Below the pieces are notes generated by a model. It did not search any database. It was not told the DNA's origin and worked only from the letters and a program-made list of their open reading frames with translations. The position numbers and the translations under genes were made by a program. Shown in pieces: positions 53,715 through 62,504 of a stretch of 64,000 bases of DNA; position 1 is the stretch's first letter, and each line of letters opens with the position of its first letter. Source of the stretch: Pseudomonadota bacterium (GTDB lineage Bacteria; Desulfobacterota; Syntrophia; Syntrophales; UBA8958); assembly GCA_030057915.1 (NCBI GenBank), contig JASGUC010000003.1, positions 38,086 through 102,085 on the forward strand, in the 5' to 3' direction.

Positions 53715-54658
53715 GGCCCCTCCCGCCTCCTGTTGATCAGAAAGTTAAAATATTCCCGCATCCGCCGGGAACGGGTCCGGTCCTTTTCCTCGCCCGTTTG
53801 GAGATATATAGCATAGTAGAGGATAGAACGCAGCAAGAGACCGGCGGAAAAAATGGCGTCGAACCAAAGGAGGGATTGACCCGGATTGAGGCGCCCGTGA
53901 AGGCGTCGGAGATTCTCCAGCCAGAGGGTGGAAAAACCCTCCCCCCCCCGCTTCCCGCTGCTGGCCCCGACGAGATGGACGATGACGAACTGGGGCAGAT
54001 AGCAGACGGAATAGCCATGTTTACGGACCCGGCAGCCCCACTCCACATCCTCGGCGTACATGAAGAGGCCTTCGTCCAGGAGACCCACCCGCCTCAGGAT
54101 GTCCCGGCGGATCATAAGGGCGGCGCCGCTTATCCAGTCCACCATTCGGGGGCCGTCCGGGCGTCCGTCGTTGAGAAACAGACCCGGACAGCGCCGGGGA
54201 AACAAGTGGGAAAGAAAGAAGGAATAGCAGCACACCGTCCGCGGGGAGGGACGGAAACCGGCGTCGCCGACCCAGTGTCGTCCATCGGCGGTGACGAGGC
54301 GGCAGCCACTGGCCCCGATCTCGGGATGCTCGTCCAGAAAGGCCAGCCAATCCCGGAATATTCCGGGATCGGGCGTCGTCGTGTCGGAATTGAGGAGGAG
54401 GATGTACCGTCCCCGAGCCTCCCGGAGCGCCTGGTTGTTCGCCCGGGCAAAGCCCACGTTTTCGTCGTTGGCCATGAGACGCGCCGCCGGGAACTCCCGG
54501 GCGACCATCTCCGGTGATCCGTCCCGGGAGGCGTTGTCCACCACGATCACCTCCCGGGGGACCTCCGGGTCTTCCGTTCCCAGGGAGGAGAGGCAATCCC
54601 TGAGGAGTTCCCGGGTGTTCCAGTTGACGATGATGATGGTGAGCCGGGGATCAGCCAT
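53711..54658 (-). CDS. glycosyltransferase family 2
   Basis: 315 aa with LTIIIVNWNT.., ..VVDNASRDGS.. and ..LLLNSDT.. Contains a C9 tract at 53941-53949. Confidence 0.9.
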   Translation of the reverse strand: MADPRLTIIIVNWNTRELLRDCLSSLGTEDPEVPREVIVVDNASRDGSPEMVAREFPAARLMANDENVGFARANNQALREARGRYILLLNSDTTTPDPGIFRDWLAFLDEHPEIGASGCRLVTADGRHWVGDAGFRPSPRTVCCYSFFLSHLFPRRCPGLFLNDGRPDGPRMVDWISGAALMIRRDILRRVGLLDEGLFMYAEDVEWGCRVRKHGYSVCYLPQFVIVHLVGASSGKRGGEGFSTLWLENLRRLHGRLNPGQSLLWFDAIFSAGLLLRSILYYAIYLQTGEEKDRTRSRRMREYFNFLINRRREGP

Positions 54659-56204
54659 GTTTTTCCAGGGCCGCCGCGGTTGTTGGCGATCCGGCGGCCA
54701 ACGGCGGTTTCATGAGGCTCACGGCGCCGGCGATGCCCAACAAGGTATAAACCAGGGTGGAGAGGCTCATGAGCATCCGGAATCCGGGATCGAAAAGACC
54801 GTGGATCATCTGGGCCAAAAGCCCGGCGGAGACGCCGATGAGCACGGCGGATTGCCATTCTTCAAGGCGGTTCCGGGCCCGGAAGGCCACGAGAAAGACG
54901 GCGAGAAACATCCAGACAAAGGCCAGCAGGCCGACGATTCCCATCTCTCCGGCGACGAGGAGATACATGTTGTGGACGACATGGGAGTAGCCGCGGAGGA
55001 TCCGGGCGCCCCCGGAGAGGTCGTATTTCTGGAAGACCTGGGCAAAATTGTTCACCCCGACGCCGGTAAGGGGAAACTGCTTGATTATGGACAGGGCCGC
55101 CGCGTTCAGGGGAATCCGGGAGCGGGCCGAGCCATAGTCGTCGTAGTAGAAGCGCTTCTGGATCGTGGGATAGTTGACGGACAGGAAGATCGCGGCGAAT
55201 ATCGCGAAAAGCCCGAAAACCAGGACGGTCTGGGCGCGAAAGATGCGCCGTCGGAGGACGAGGATGAAAACCAGCGGCAACGACACCGGCAGGGTCAACC
55301 AAGCCGCCCGGGAAAGGGTGGTGAGAATGCCCGCCATCCCAAGGACAAAAGAGGTAAAGTACCAGATCCGCAAGGAGGTTTTCTTCTCGACCAGGGTCAT
55401 GGCCAGTGTCAGAGGCAGGAGGATCTCGAAGAAATAGGCCAGGGTGTTGGGATGGCCTATGGTCCCCGTGGCCCGGCTGATCACCCCCCCCAGCATCTGC
55501 CTAACGATGGCCTCTTCCCCCAGGAATCGCAACCCGAGGTTCTCTCCGGTCCGGTACTGGATTAGGGCGAGGACGGCCTGGGAGAAAACCCCGAAGGCGA
55601 GCAAAAACACGAGGATCCTGATATGTCGTTCTTCTTTCAGGTTCATGATGACGAAGAACACCGTGATGAGGACCGCTGTCCGGAGGATCTCGAAGAGGCT
55701 CAGGAGCTTGTCGTCGGCGGCGCTGACGCTCCAGAGCATGGCAAGGAAGAACAGGGCGTGAGGCCACAGAAGGGCGGGTTCGTATTGAAGAAGCGGCCAT
55801 TTGCGCGCCTTGATCGCTTTGTAGATCAGGAGTGAAAGCAAGATGAAGATGGAGACGTTGATCGCCGAGACGTCGATGCCGGCGGCCCCGCCTACATGCC
55901 CCGCACGGTAGAAAAAGCCGAGATTGACGCGCACGGGGATGATCAGGGCGAAGACGACGAGAAAATAATCGAAGAGCTTGTCGCTGTCGTGTCTCGTCAG
56001 GGCGAGGGAAAAGATGACGACAGCCCCGAAGATACCGAAGAGATATTTGAATTCCAGTTCGCTGAAATAAACGGCCAGCGGCAGGACGAGAAGGCCCGCA
56101 AGGAGGTGGAAAAACAGGGCCGGCCACCGGGGTTTCGTTGCCCGCGGGAGCGGAGCGGAGAAAAATCGATTCATGACCGTCGTTACAGATACCTGTAAAT
56201 CCAT
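54651..56204 (-). CDS. wzy: O-antigen ligase/polymerase (Wzy)-family membrane protein
   Basis: 517 aa with at least 10 hydrophobic segments. Wzy_C-like ..LTTLSRAAWL.. Confidence 0.75.
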   Translation of the reverse strand: MDLQVSVTTVMNRFFSAPLPRATKPRWPALFFHLLAGLLVLPLAVYFSELEFKYLFGIFGAVVIFSLALTRHDSDKLFDYFLVVFALIIPVRVNLGFFYRAGHVGGAAGIDVSAINVSIFILLSLLIYKAIKARKWPLLQYEPALLWPHALFFLAMLWSVSAADDKLLSLFEILRTAVLITVFFVIMNLKEERHIRILVFLLAFGVFSQAVLALIQYRTGENLGLRFLGEEAIVRQMLGGVISRATGTIGHPNTLAYFFEILLPLTLAMTLVEKKTSLRIWYFTSFVLGMAGILTTLSRAAWLTLPVSLPLVFILVLRRRIFRAQTVLVFGLFAIFAAIFLSVNYPTIQKRFYYDDYGSARSRIPLNAAALSIIKQFPLTGVGVNNFAQVFQKYDLSGGARILRGYSHVVHNMYLLVAGEMGIVGLLAFVWMFLAVFLVAFRARNRLEEWQSAVLIGVSAGLLAQMIHGLFDPGFRMLMSLSTLVYTLLGIAGAVSLMKPPLAAGSPTTAAALEKHG

Positions 56205-56899
56205 TCGGGGATGAAAAACCGCTTATGATTCAAGATGGCCCCGATGATGGTCGCCTCGGTCATTTGCAGGTATCTTTTCGACACCTGGACAACCTCCCAG
56301 CTTGTCGCCTCGTGCCTGATGACCAGGATCACACCGTCGGTCCGGCTGGCGAGAAGGGACGATTCGGGGTATCTGACCAGGGGCGATCCGTCGATGACGA
56401 TAAAGGTGAATGCCTGGCGCAGCGCTTCCAGGCGGGTCTGGAATTCGGCGGATTGGAAAAAGATGGTGGGGTTCGGGACCGGTCGGCCGACCGGGAGAAA
56501 ATGAAAGCTTGGCGGCGTCTGCTTCCGGTAAAGGGAGGAATCCGTATCCTCCAGGTTTATCCTCAGGAGCACTTCCTCGAGGCTCAGCCCGTCTTCCACC
56601 AAATCCGTCAGGCCCTTCTCCCGGGGGACGCCGAAATGTTCATGCAGGCTGGGACGCCGCAGATTGCCGTCGATGAGGACGGCCCTTTTGGCGGAATCGT
56701 GGGCGTAGGCATAGGCCAGATTCAGGGCGATGGTGGAGGCTCCTTCGCCGACCGCGGAGGCACTAACGAGGACGACCAGGCTGTCTTTGCTCTTGAATCC
56801 CGGCAGATTGAGAATGACCCGGTAGAACTGGTCGAACATGTGGGCCATCACCGGGAGGCGGGGCGGCGGTTCCACGGCGGCGATCTTCTTCCCTTTCAC
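56183..56899 (-). CDS. BY-kinase-like P-loop ATPase (CpsD/EpsG type) with degenerate Walker A
   Basis: 238 aa. ..VSASAVGEGASTIALNLA.. where GEGKST is expected, ..VLIDGNLRRPS.. (Walker A') and ..FIVIDGSPL.. (Walker B). Confidence 0.7.
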   Translation of the reverse strand: MKGKKIAAVEPPPRLPVMAHMFDQFYRVILNLPGFKSKDSLVVLVSASAVGEGASTIALNLAYAYAHDSAKRAVLIDGNLRRPSLHEHFGVPREKGLTDLVEDGLSLEEVLLRINLEDTDSSLYRKQTPPSFHFLPVGRPVPNPTIFFQSAEFQTRLEALRQAFTFIVIDGSPLVRYPESSLLASRTDGVILVIRHEATSWEVVQVSKRYLQMTEATIIGAILNHKRFFIPEWIYRYL

Positions 56900-56911
56900 A
56901 TCGATCTCCCT

Positions 56912-58861
56912 TTATTTGTTGTCCTTTCCGTTCTTGTGAACGGGCCTGTCGTCGATGATTTCCATTGCGGTCACGTTGATCCGGCCGTTGGCTTTTACGG
57001 GCGGCCAAGGGTCATGACCCTTCTCTTCCATGTAGGCCCCGGCGCGCCGGGCGGCTTCCGGACGCCCCGCATCCTGAACCTGGGGGGCCCTTTCGGTAGT
57101 GCGCGGCGGGGATTCGCAAGGCGAGGCCGATAGGGCGGTCCTTTCCGGAAGATCCTTGCCGGGTTCGCCGTGGGCCGGCGTCGCGGCCGGGGGGACGGCG
57201 GATCTTTCCACGGCGCCGTGACGCGGCGGATCGTTGACCGATGACGCGGCGCGACGATGTTGAGAAGGCGTCGTTGTGAGGAGGTGATAGATGAAGACGC
57301 TGCCGAGAACGATCAGGACCGTGGCGGTCACCGCCGCCGTCCGGGTCACGGAGAAACGCGGTTGGGACGCCTGGTCGTCGCGGGCCCCCTTTCCGGCGGC
57401 GGTTGTTCCCGGCATCGCCGCGATCGGCACGGTCATGAGGAGTGGGATGTCGAGAATGGTCGCCACGTCTTCGTCGTCCTTGAAGGTGTGGCTGAAGAAT
57501 TCGTTAACCGCCGCCAGGGAAACGGCGAAAAACACTCCCAGCAGGCAGGCCAGGCCGACGATCAGGACGTAGTTGGGGAAATAGGCCTTGAAGGGCACGA
57601 TAGCGGGATTCACGATCCGCACACTGGAGATCTTCCGATTGTCCAGATCGTCCGATATACGCAAATCCTCGGCCTTTTTCTTGTATATGGCATAATTGGC
57701 CTCGGTGATCTCCTTCTGCCTCTCCAGTTGGCGCAGCTTCATCGACAGACCGTTGATTTCCTCCAGTTGCTTTTTCTGGGACGCCCATTCCTTGTGCAGG
57801 CTGTCCTTCTTGGCGCCAGCCATGGCCACTTCCGTTTTGATTATATTGACGAGGCTGTCCGTCTTCTGCTTCCGCAGGCCGCTGAGCTGGCGGTCCACGC
57901 TTTGCACCTCGTTGGATCTGACGGTGTAGTTCTTGAGCAGCCGGTCCCGCTCCACCTTGAGGCGGAAGTACTGCTGGTCCAGGGCGGCCAGATAGGCCAG
58001 CTTGTCGGCGTTGGGCGATCCCAGGTCCGGCGTTTCCACCCAGCCGTCGGGATGGGCGGACATCCTCTTGACGCTGTTGAGCTTCGTGACCCCCTGCTCG
58101 AATACCACGCGGTTGGTTACGTACTCCGCCTCCAGGTCGCTGATCCGTTTGAGGAGCAGCTCCTTCTGCAGGGAGAGGTTGGCGATGTTGGTCTCATTGA
58201 GAAAGGTCTGCAGCTCCGCCTCCGCCTTTTTCAGCAGGTTTTCGTAGAGGTCGAGCTGTTCCAGGTAGAAGCGGTAGGTCTGTCTCGACTCGTGGACCCG
58301 GGTATGCTGGGTGATGTACTCGTCGGCGTAGGCGTTGGCGGCGAGGGCGGCGAAGGCGGGATCGGTCCAGCGAAAGGAGATGCTCACCATGTCCGTGTCC
58401 TCGATGTAGGACACCCGGACGGCATTGGCGAAGGCGTTAACGAGGCCCTTTTCGTCGAACGCCTTACGGTGGATGCCGAAGAATCCCAGCAGGCTGTCTC
58501 CCAGTGTGGGGAGGACGCCCTCCTTCTTTTTCTGCTTTTCGATGTCGTCCCGCAGGCGCTGCACGACTTTCTGGGCGAGGTATTCGCCTTTGATGAGTTC
58601 CACCTCGTTGTGGATGTTCGCGGATCGCTCCTGGAAGAGGATGTTATAGTTTTCCGGTCGATACTGCTCCATGCCGGCGAACTGGGCCTTGCCGAGTTTG
58701 ACGATGATCTTCGTATTGGCCATGTAAAGAGGCGAGACAAACAGACAGTAAAGGGTGGAGGAGACCAGGGCGAAAAGGGGCACGGAAACGATGAGCGTCT
58801 TGTTCTTAAAGAGGATATAGGCGATATCCTTGGCGGAAAAGGCCCGTTTCTTTTCTCCCAT
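56912..58861 (-). CDS. wzz: polysaccharide chain-length determinant (Wzz/GumC family) with long C-terminal extension
   Basis: 649 aa. N-terminal TM, long coiled-coil periplasmic region, second TM, then about 195 extra residues. Confidence 0.8.
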   Translation of the reverse strand: MGEKKRAFSAKDIAYILFKNKTLIVSVPLFALVSSTLYCLFVSPLYMANTKIIVKLGKAQFAGMEQYRPENYNILFQERSANIHNEVELIKGEYLAQKVVQRLRDDIEKQKKKEGVLPTLGDSLLGFFGIHRKAFDEKGLVNAFANAVRVSYIEDTDMVSISFRWTDPAFAALAANAYADEYITQHTRVHESRQTYRFYLEQLDLYENLLKKAEAELQTFLNETNIANLSLQKELLLKRISDLEAEYVTNRVVFEQGVTKLNSVKRMSAHPDGWVETPDLGSPNADKLAYLAALDQQYFRLKVERDRLLKNYTVRSNEVQSVDRQLSGLRKQKTDSLVNIIKTEVAMAGAKKDSLHKEWASQKKQLEEINGLSMKLRQLERQKEITEANYAIYKKKAEDLRISDDLDNRKISSVRIVNPAIVPFKAYFPNYVLIVGLACLLGVFFAVSLAAVNEFFSHTFKDDEDVATILDIPLLMTVPIAAMPGTTAAGKGARDDQASQPRFSVTRTAAVTATVLIVLGSVFIYHLLTTTPSQHRRAASSVNDPPRHGAVERSAVPPAATPAHGEPGKDLPERTALSASPCESPPRTTERAPQVQDAGRPEAARRAGAYMEEKGHDPWPPVKANGRINVTAMEIIDDRPVHKNGKDNK

Positions 58862-58974
58862 TCCCGGTGCTCCTTTTGGTCTGACTTGGTCATGTCCCCC
58901 GGGGCGCGTCTGGCCCCCGGGGTTTTAGAGGCCCCGAAGCTCGCCGCGGGCGGTTCCTGGGGGTTTTATCCTCA

Positions 58975-60057
58975 TCAATAGCGCGACAGGGGCGTCGGCA
59001 CCTTGTGAACCTCATAGGTGAAGGACAGGTTGGCCCCCTGCCACAGCAAAAGCTGGCGAATGTACTGATCCACGAACTGATCGGCCTTGGCGATGGCCGT
59101 CTTGGGGACATAGACGACGCTGTTGTTGGGCAGGACGATGTCCTCCTCCGTCCGGGCGCCCAGCAGGACGTTCTCCAGGTTGATGGTCCGGACCGTGGCC
59201 TGGCGGTTCTCGTTCCAGTAGAGCACCTTGATCTTTTCCAGGGTCCCCGTGGGCAGGACGTTGCCCGCATAGGCGATGGCCTGCAGGGCCGTCAAGGGCT
59301 GACTCATGGGAATCGGCCCCGGCCGGGCGACCTCGCCGAAGACGAAGATCCGATTGCCCGCCACGCTTTCGACGAGGACGGAAACGTCGATATTGCCGAA
59401 GCCGCGCTTGTATTCCCGGAACAGCTCGTCCCGCACATCGTCGGCGGTCCGGCCGGCGGCGCGGACGCTCTTTAACAGGGGGGGGTAGATCTTGCCGTCC
59501 GGGGCGATGGTCAGCAACCGCGCCTGCCCCCGGGGGGAGTTGGTGACGGCCTTCTGCAGCTCGGCAATATGAGAGGAAAACTTATTCACATTGACGGTTA
59601 CCAGGGGATCCTGGAGGATGTCGCCATAGGCCTGAGCGATCACCCGGGCCAGCGCCGGAGGCTTCATGCCGGCCGCCCGGAAGTCGCCCTTGATGGGCAG
59701 GGTGACCTTGCCGTCCGGTCTGATCACCAAGGTTCGGTTGAGCTGGGGGTGGTAGTAAAACTCCACATTGATCTCGTCGTTGACGCCAAGATCGTAATCC
59801 TCGGCCTGGGGCGCGAGCGAGATGTGATACATAACCTCGATCTGATCTCCCGGCGCCAGGCGGTACCTTTGCAGTCCCTCCTGTATCCGCCCGGCGATGT
59901 CGGCCCGGATTCTCGTCTTTTCCATGTCGCTGAGCTGATCGACGTAATTTTTTGTCCCCTCAACTGCGTATTGGTGAGTGCGGACGGTCGCGCAGCCGGC
60001 GATGGCAAGAAGCAATGCAAGGATGATCGGGGATAGAAGAGAAGATCGCCTTTTCAT
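58975..60057 (-). CDS. wza: outer-membrane polysaccharide export lipoprotein (Wza family)
   Basis: 360 aa. Lipobox LAIAGC. Poly_export motif YRLAPGDQIEV. Two SLBB-like segments. Confidence 0.88.
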   Translation of the reverse strand: MKRRSSLLSPIILALLLAIAGCATVRTHQYAVEGTKNYVDQLSDMEKTRIRADIAGRIQEGLQRYRLAPGDQIEVMYHISLAPQAEDYDLGVNDEINVEFYYHPQLNRTLVIRPDGKVTLPIKGDFRAAGMKPPALARVIAQAYGDILQDPLVTVNVNKFSSHIAELQKAVTNSPRGQARLLTIAPDGKIYPPLLKSVRAAGRTADDVRDELFREYKRGFGNIDVSVLVESVAGNRIFVFGEVARPGPIPMSQPLTALQAIAYAGNVLPTGTLEKIKVLYWNENRQATVRTINLENVLLGARTEEDIVLPNNSVVYVPKTAIAKADQFVDQYIRQLLLWQGANLSFTYEVHKVPTPLSRY

Positions 60058-60128
60058 AGCATTATGTTCGGAGACGGCCCCTGCCGCGGGAAGATCATGT
60101 CAATGCCTGCTGATGAAGACAAATAATT

Positions 60129-60255
60129 GAGTCTATTGCAAAACTCATCGAATCTGCCGCTCCAATGCAAAGTGTCCTCAAGAAAGAATTGAATTTGCCG
60201 GCTTCTGTATCAAGCGCGGAATTATAAAAGCGTTTTCCGGTAGTTTTGCAATTGG
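60129..60255 (+). repeat. 127-nt element family R3, copy B
   Basis: Colinear with 35705-35831. Ends ATTGCAAAAC / GTTTTGCAAT can pair (10 bp). Confidence 0.7.
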
Positions 60256-60620
60256 CTCATTGTTTCGTAAGTTCCCGGCGGTCGAGAGAAACCGGCGCGG
60301 GAGCGACCCGACGGCGGCCACTGGTTGAAGATGCCTTTGACAATGGCAGCCATTAATAGCATTTCGCACCCCGGCAGGCAAGGAAAAACACAGGGCAAAT
60401 ATGTTCTGCTCGAAAGAAGCGGAAAATAGCGGGGTCCCCATTGTTTGCAGTTGCCCGAAATCGACCCTTGCGGGAAGAACCAATTTACCCCGAGAAAAAA
60501 CGTGGCGGAGGGCAGCGCCTCTTCCTTTTTCAGGAATATTCATTGAGAGAAAAACCGGGATGTGATAGTACAAATGCCGTTTTTCAATATCCCCTAACTC
60601 CTTCGCGAAGGGTATATGCC

Positions 60621-60716
60621 ATGAAAAGGATAACGCTAATGGTCATGGTCGTCCTCTTGATCGCGGCGACGACCGGGGCGGCCGGAGAGGTGGCAAATGT
60701 CGTCGAAACGAAATAA
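60621..60716 (+). CDS. 31-codon upstream ORF (signal-peptide-like), MKRITLMVMVVLLIAATTGAAGEVANVVETK
   Basis: ATG with AAGGG about 9 nt upstream. Overlaps the next gene's start by 20 nt. No homology evidence. Confidence 0.3.
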   Translation: MKRITLMVMVVLLIAATTGAAGEVANVVETK

Positions 60717-61605
60717 AGGCTGGCCATTGTCGGCAAGGATGCTCGCCTTCCTGCTGCTGCTCGTCTTGACGCCTCTGGACAAGGACGCGTGGGGCGAGCC
60801 GCCGGCCTTCCACAATGCTATCGGGATGACATTCCTGTGGATCCCTCCGGGTGATTTCATGATGGGGGCGTCGGGACAGGAAGCGGGACGTCGGGTGGAC
60901 GAACCGCGGCATCAGGTTTCCATCACCAGACCCTTTTACATCCAGGTTCGGGAGGTTACCCAGGGGCAATGGGAACGGATCATGGGGAGCAATCCCTCCC
61001 ATTTCCGGTTCTGCGGGAGCGAGTGCCCCGTGGAGCAGGTATCCTGGCATGACGTCCAGGAATTCATCCGCCGCCTGAACGAAAAGGAGGGGACGGATCT
61101 GTACCGTCTGCCCACGGAGGCGGAATGGGAATATGCCGCCCGGGGGGGGCGCCGCAACGATCCCGGAGGCGCTTTTCTCTATCTTACCGCCGATGTCGTC
61201 CCTCCCGCGCTGGCGGACGCGGCATGGTTCATCGGGAATAGCTGTCGTGCGGCGGAGGACGCACGACAGAGCGCCTATGGGATCGCCATGACGGAATATT
61301 CGCGATACTCTCCCGAATGCGGCCCTCAGCCTGGCGGACGGAAAAGGCCGAACTCCTGGGGACTTTACGACATGCTGGGGAATGTCTGGGAATGGGTCCA
61401 GGACTGGCAAGGGCCTTATCCCACCGGTCCGGTCGTCGACCCCGCGGGCCCGCCGGCGGGGGATATGCGTGTTTACCGGGGGGGAAGCTGGTTGAGCAGC
61501 CCGGCTTATTGCCTCCCCTCGGTGCGGGGCGGGGCGCCGCCGGGGATGCGCGATCTCGCCGTGGGCTTTCGCCTGGCGAGAAGCGCAACCATGGCGCCAC
61601 CTTGA
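60697..61605 (+). CDS. formylglycine-generating-enzyme (SUMF1/FGE-sulfatase) domain protein, secreted
   Basis: 302 aa with GGAGAGG SD. ..M.FVWIPPG.F.MG.., ..RLPTEAEWEYAARGG.., ..GNVWEWV.D.. and ..RGGSW.. Confidence 0.85.
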   Translation: MSSKRNKGWPLSARMLAFLLLLVLTPLDKDAWGEPPAFHNAIGMTFLWIPPGDFMMGASGQEAGRRVDEPRHQVSITRPFYIQVREVTQGQWERIMGSNPSHFRFCGSECPVEQVSWHDVQEFIRRLNEKEGTDLYRLPTEAEWEYAARGGRRNDPGGAFLYLTADVVPPALADAAWFIGNSCRAAEDARQSAYGIAMTEYSRYSPECGPQPGGRKRPNSWGLYDMLGNVWEWVQDWQGPYPTGPVVDPAGPPAGDMRVYRGGSWLSSPAYCLPSVRGGAPPGMRDLAVGFRLARSATMAPP

Positions 61606-61780
61606 AATATCGAGGCCTTTGAAAGACGACCTGTCTTGTCATGCCGGGCTTGAGACGGCATCGGGAGGATGCTTGAGAACTCTGGATTCCCGCCAGGGGG
61701 ATGGCGGGAATTACGTAAGGGGCTTGCCGGATTCCCCCTTTCGCGGGAATTCGGAAAGACGTCCAGGGGCCGGCGCCCGG

Positions 61781-62302
61781 TCATTTCCCGCCGTCTTCCC
61801 TTATCTCGAGGAGCAGGAGTCTCCTTGCCTTGACGAAGACGGGTTTGACGAGATAATTCAAGTTTGGTTCCATATCCAGGACGATTCGGAGATTGCTTTT
61901 CCGCCGGTCGTGGTAGGACCGCATCTGTTTGATGAGCCTGCCGTTGACGGTTACCCGGGCCGCTCGCTCCGGAGAGACGTTCCCCACGGGATGGAGATCG
62001 ACGACGAGACGGGGATTGCCGCCCTCCAGACGGGAAATGGCCGGGACGTGGAAGCGATCGAGGACGATCCGCAGCGTCTCCCGGTCCGAATCGATTTGAA
62101 GAGAGATTGCCTTGACGTCGATGGGTTTTTCCGATGACGGCGGGTGTCGCCGGGCCTCCCTTGTTGACGCCGCGCTTCCCCACGACGGCAAGGGACCGGC
62201 CATCCAGGCCAGAACGAGGGCCATCACGACCGCCGCCAGGCGAAACATAGGCCTGTCGCCGGCGCCTACGGTAGGGGTTCTTTCAAGGACAGGCAAGCGC
62301 AT
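61781..62302 (-). CDS. AMIN-domain protein, secreted
   Basis: 173 aa (start possibly ATG 62248, MFRLAAVV). Signal-like helix. AMIN-like ..LRIVLD...P......G.NPRLVVDL... Confidence 0.55.
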   Translation of the reverse strand: MRLPVLERTPTVGAGDRPMFRLAAVVMALVLAWMAGPLPSWGSAASTREARRHPPSSEKPIDVKAISLQIDSDRETLRIVLDRFHVPAISRLEGGNPRLVVDLHPVGNVSPERAARVTVNGRLIKQMRSYHDRRKSNLRIVLDMEPNLNYLVKPVFVKARRLLLLEIREDGGK

Positions 62303-62504
62303 CGAATGGTTTCCCTGTGATCATCGTTCGCCGGTGCGGGAAGAAGACGACGAGCCAAGTCGACGCATCTGCATAACATGTCCGGCCTTCTTTGTAAAAG
62401 CCCTTTTGTGCCGGGGATTTCCCCCCTCCGGGGACGCGCCTCCGGACGATGGCTTGTCCAGTAAGCTGGGCGAGGATGGAATGGGCGATTAGGGTATAGC
62501 CGCC

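Noticed and set aside
60230-60250. CCGGTAG resembling the ops/JUMPstart element (GGCGGTAG) upstream of a polysaccharide operon.
   Set aside because: Only 6 of 8 positions match. It is on the strand facing away from the wza operon. It is not conserved in the other R3 copy.
60178-60573. 131-aa ORF on the minus strand in the wza/FGE divergent spacer.
   Set aside because: It has no SD, no recognisable motifs and odd composition. It overlaps the R3 repeat and lies in an AT-richer regulatory spacer, so it is probably non-coding.
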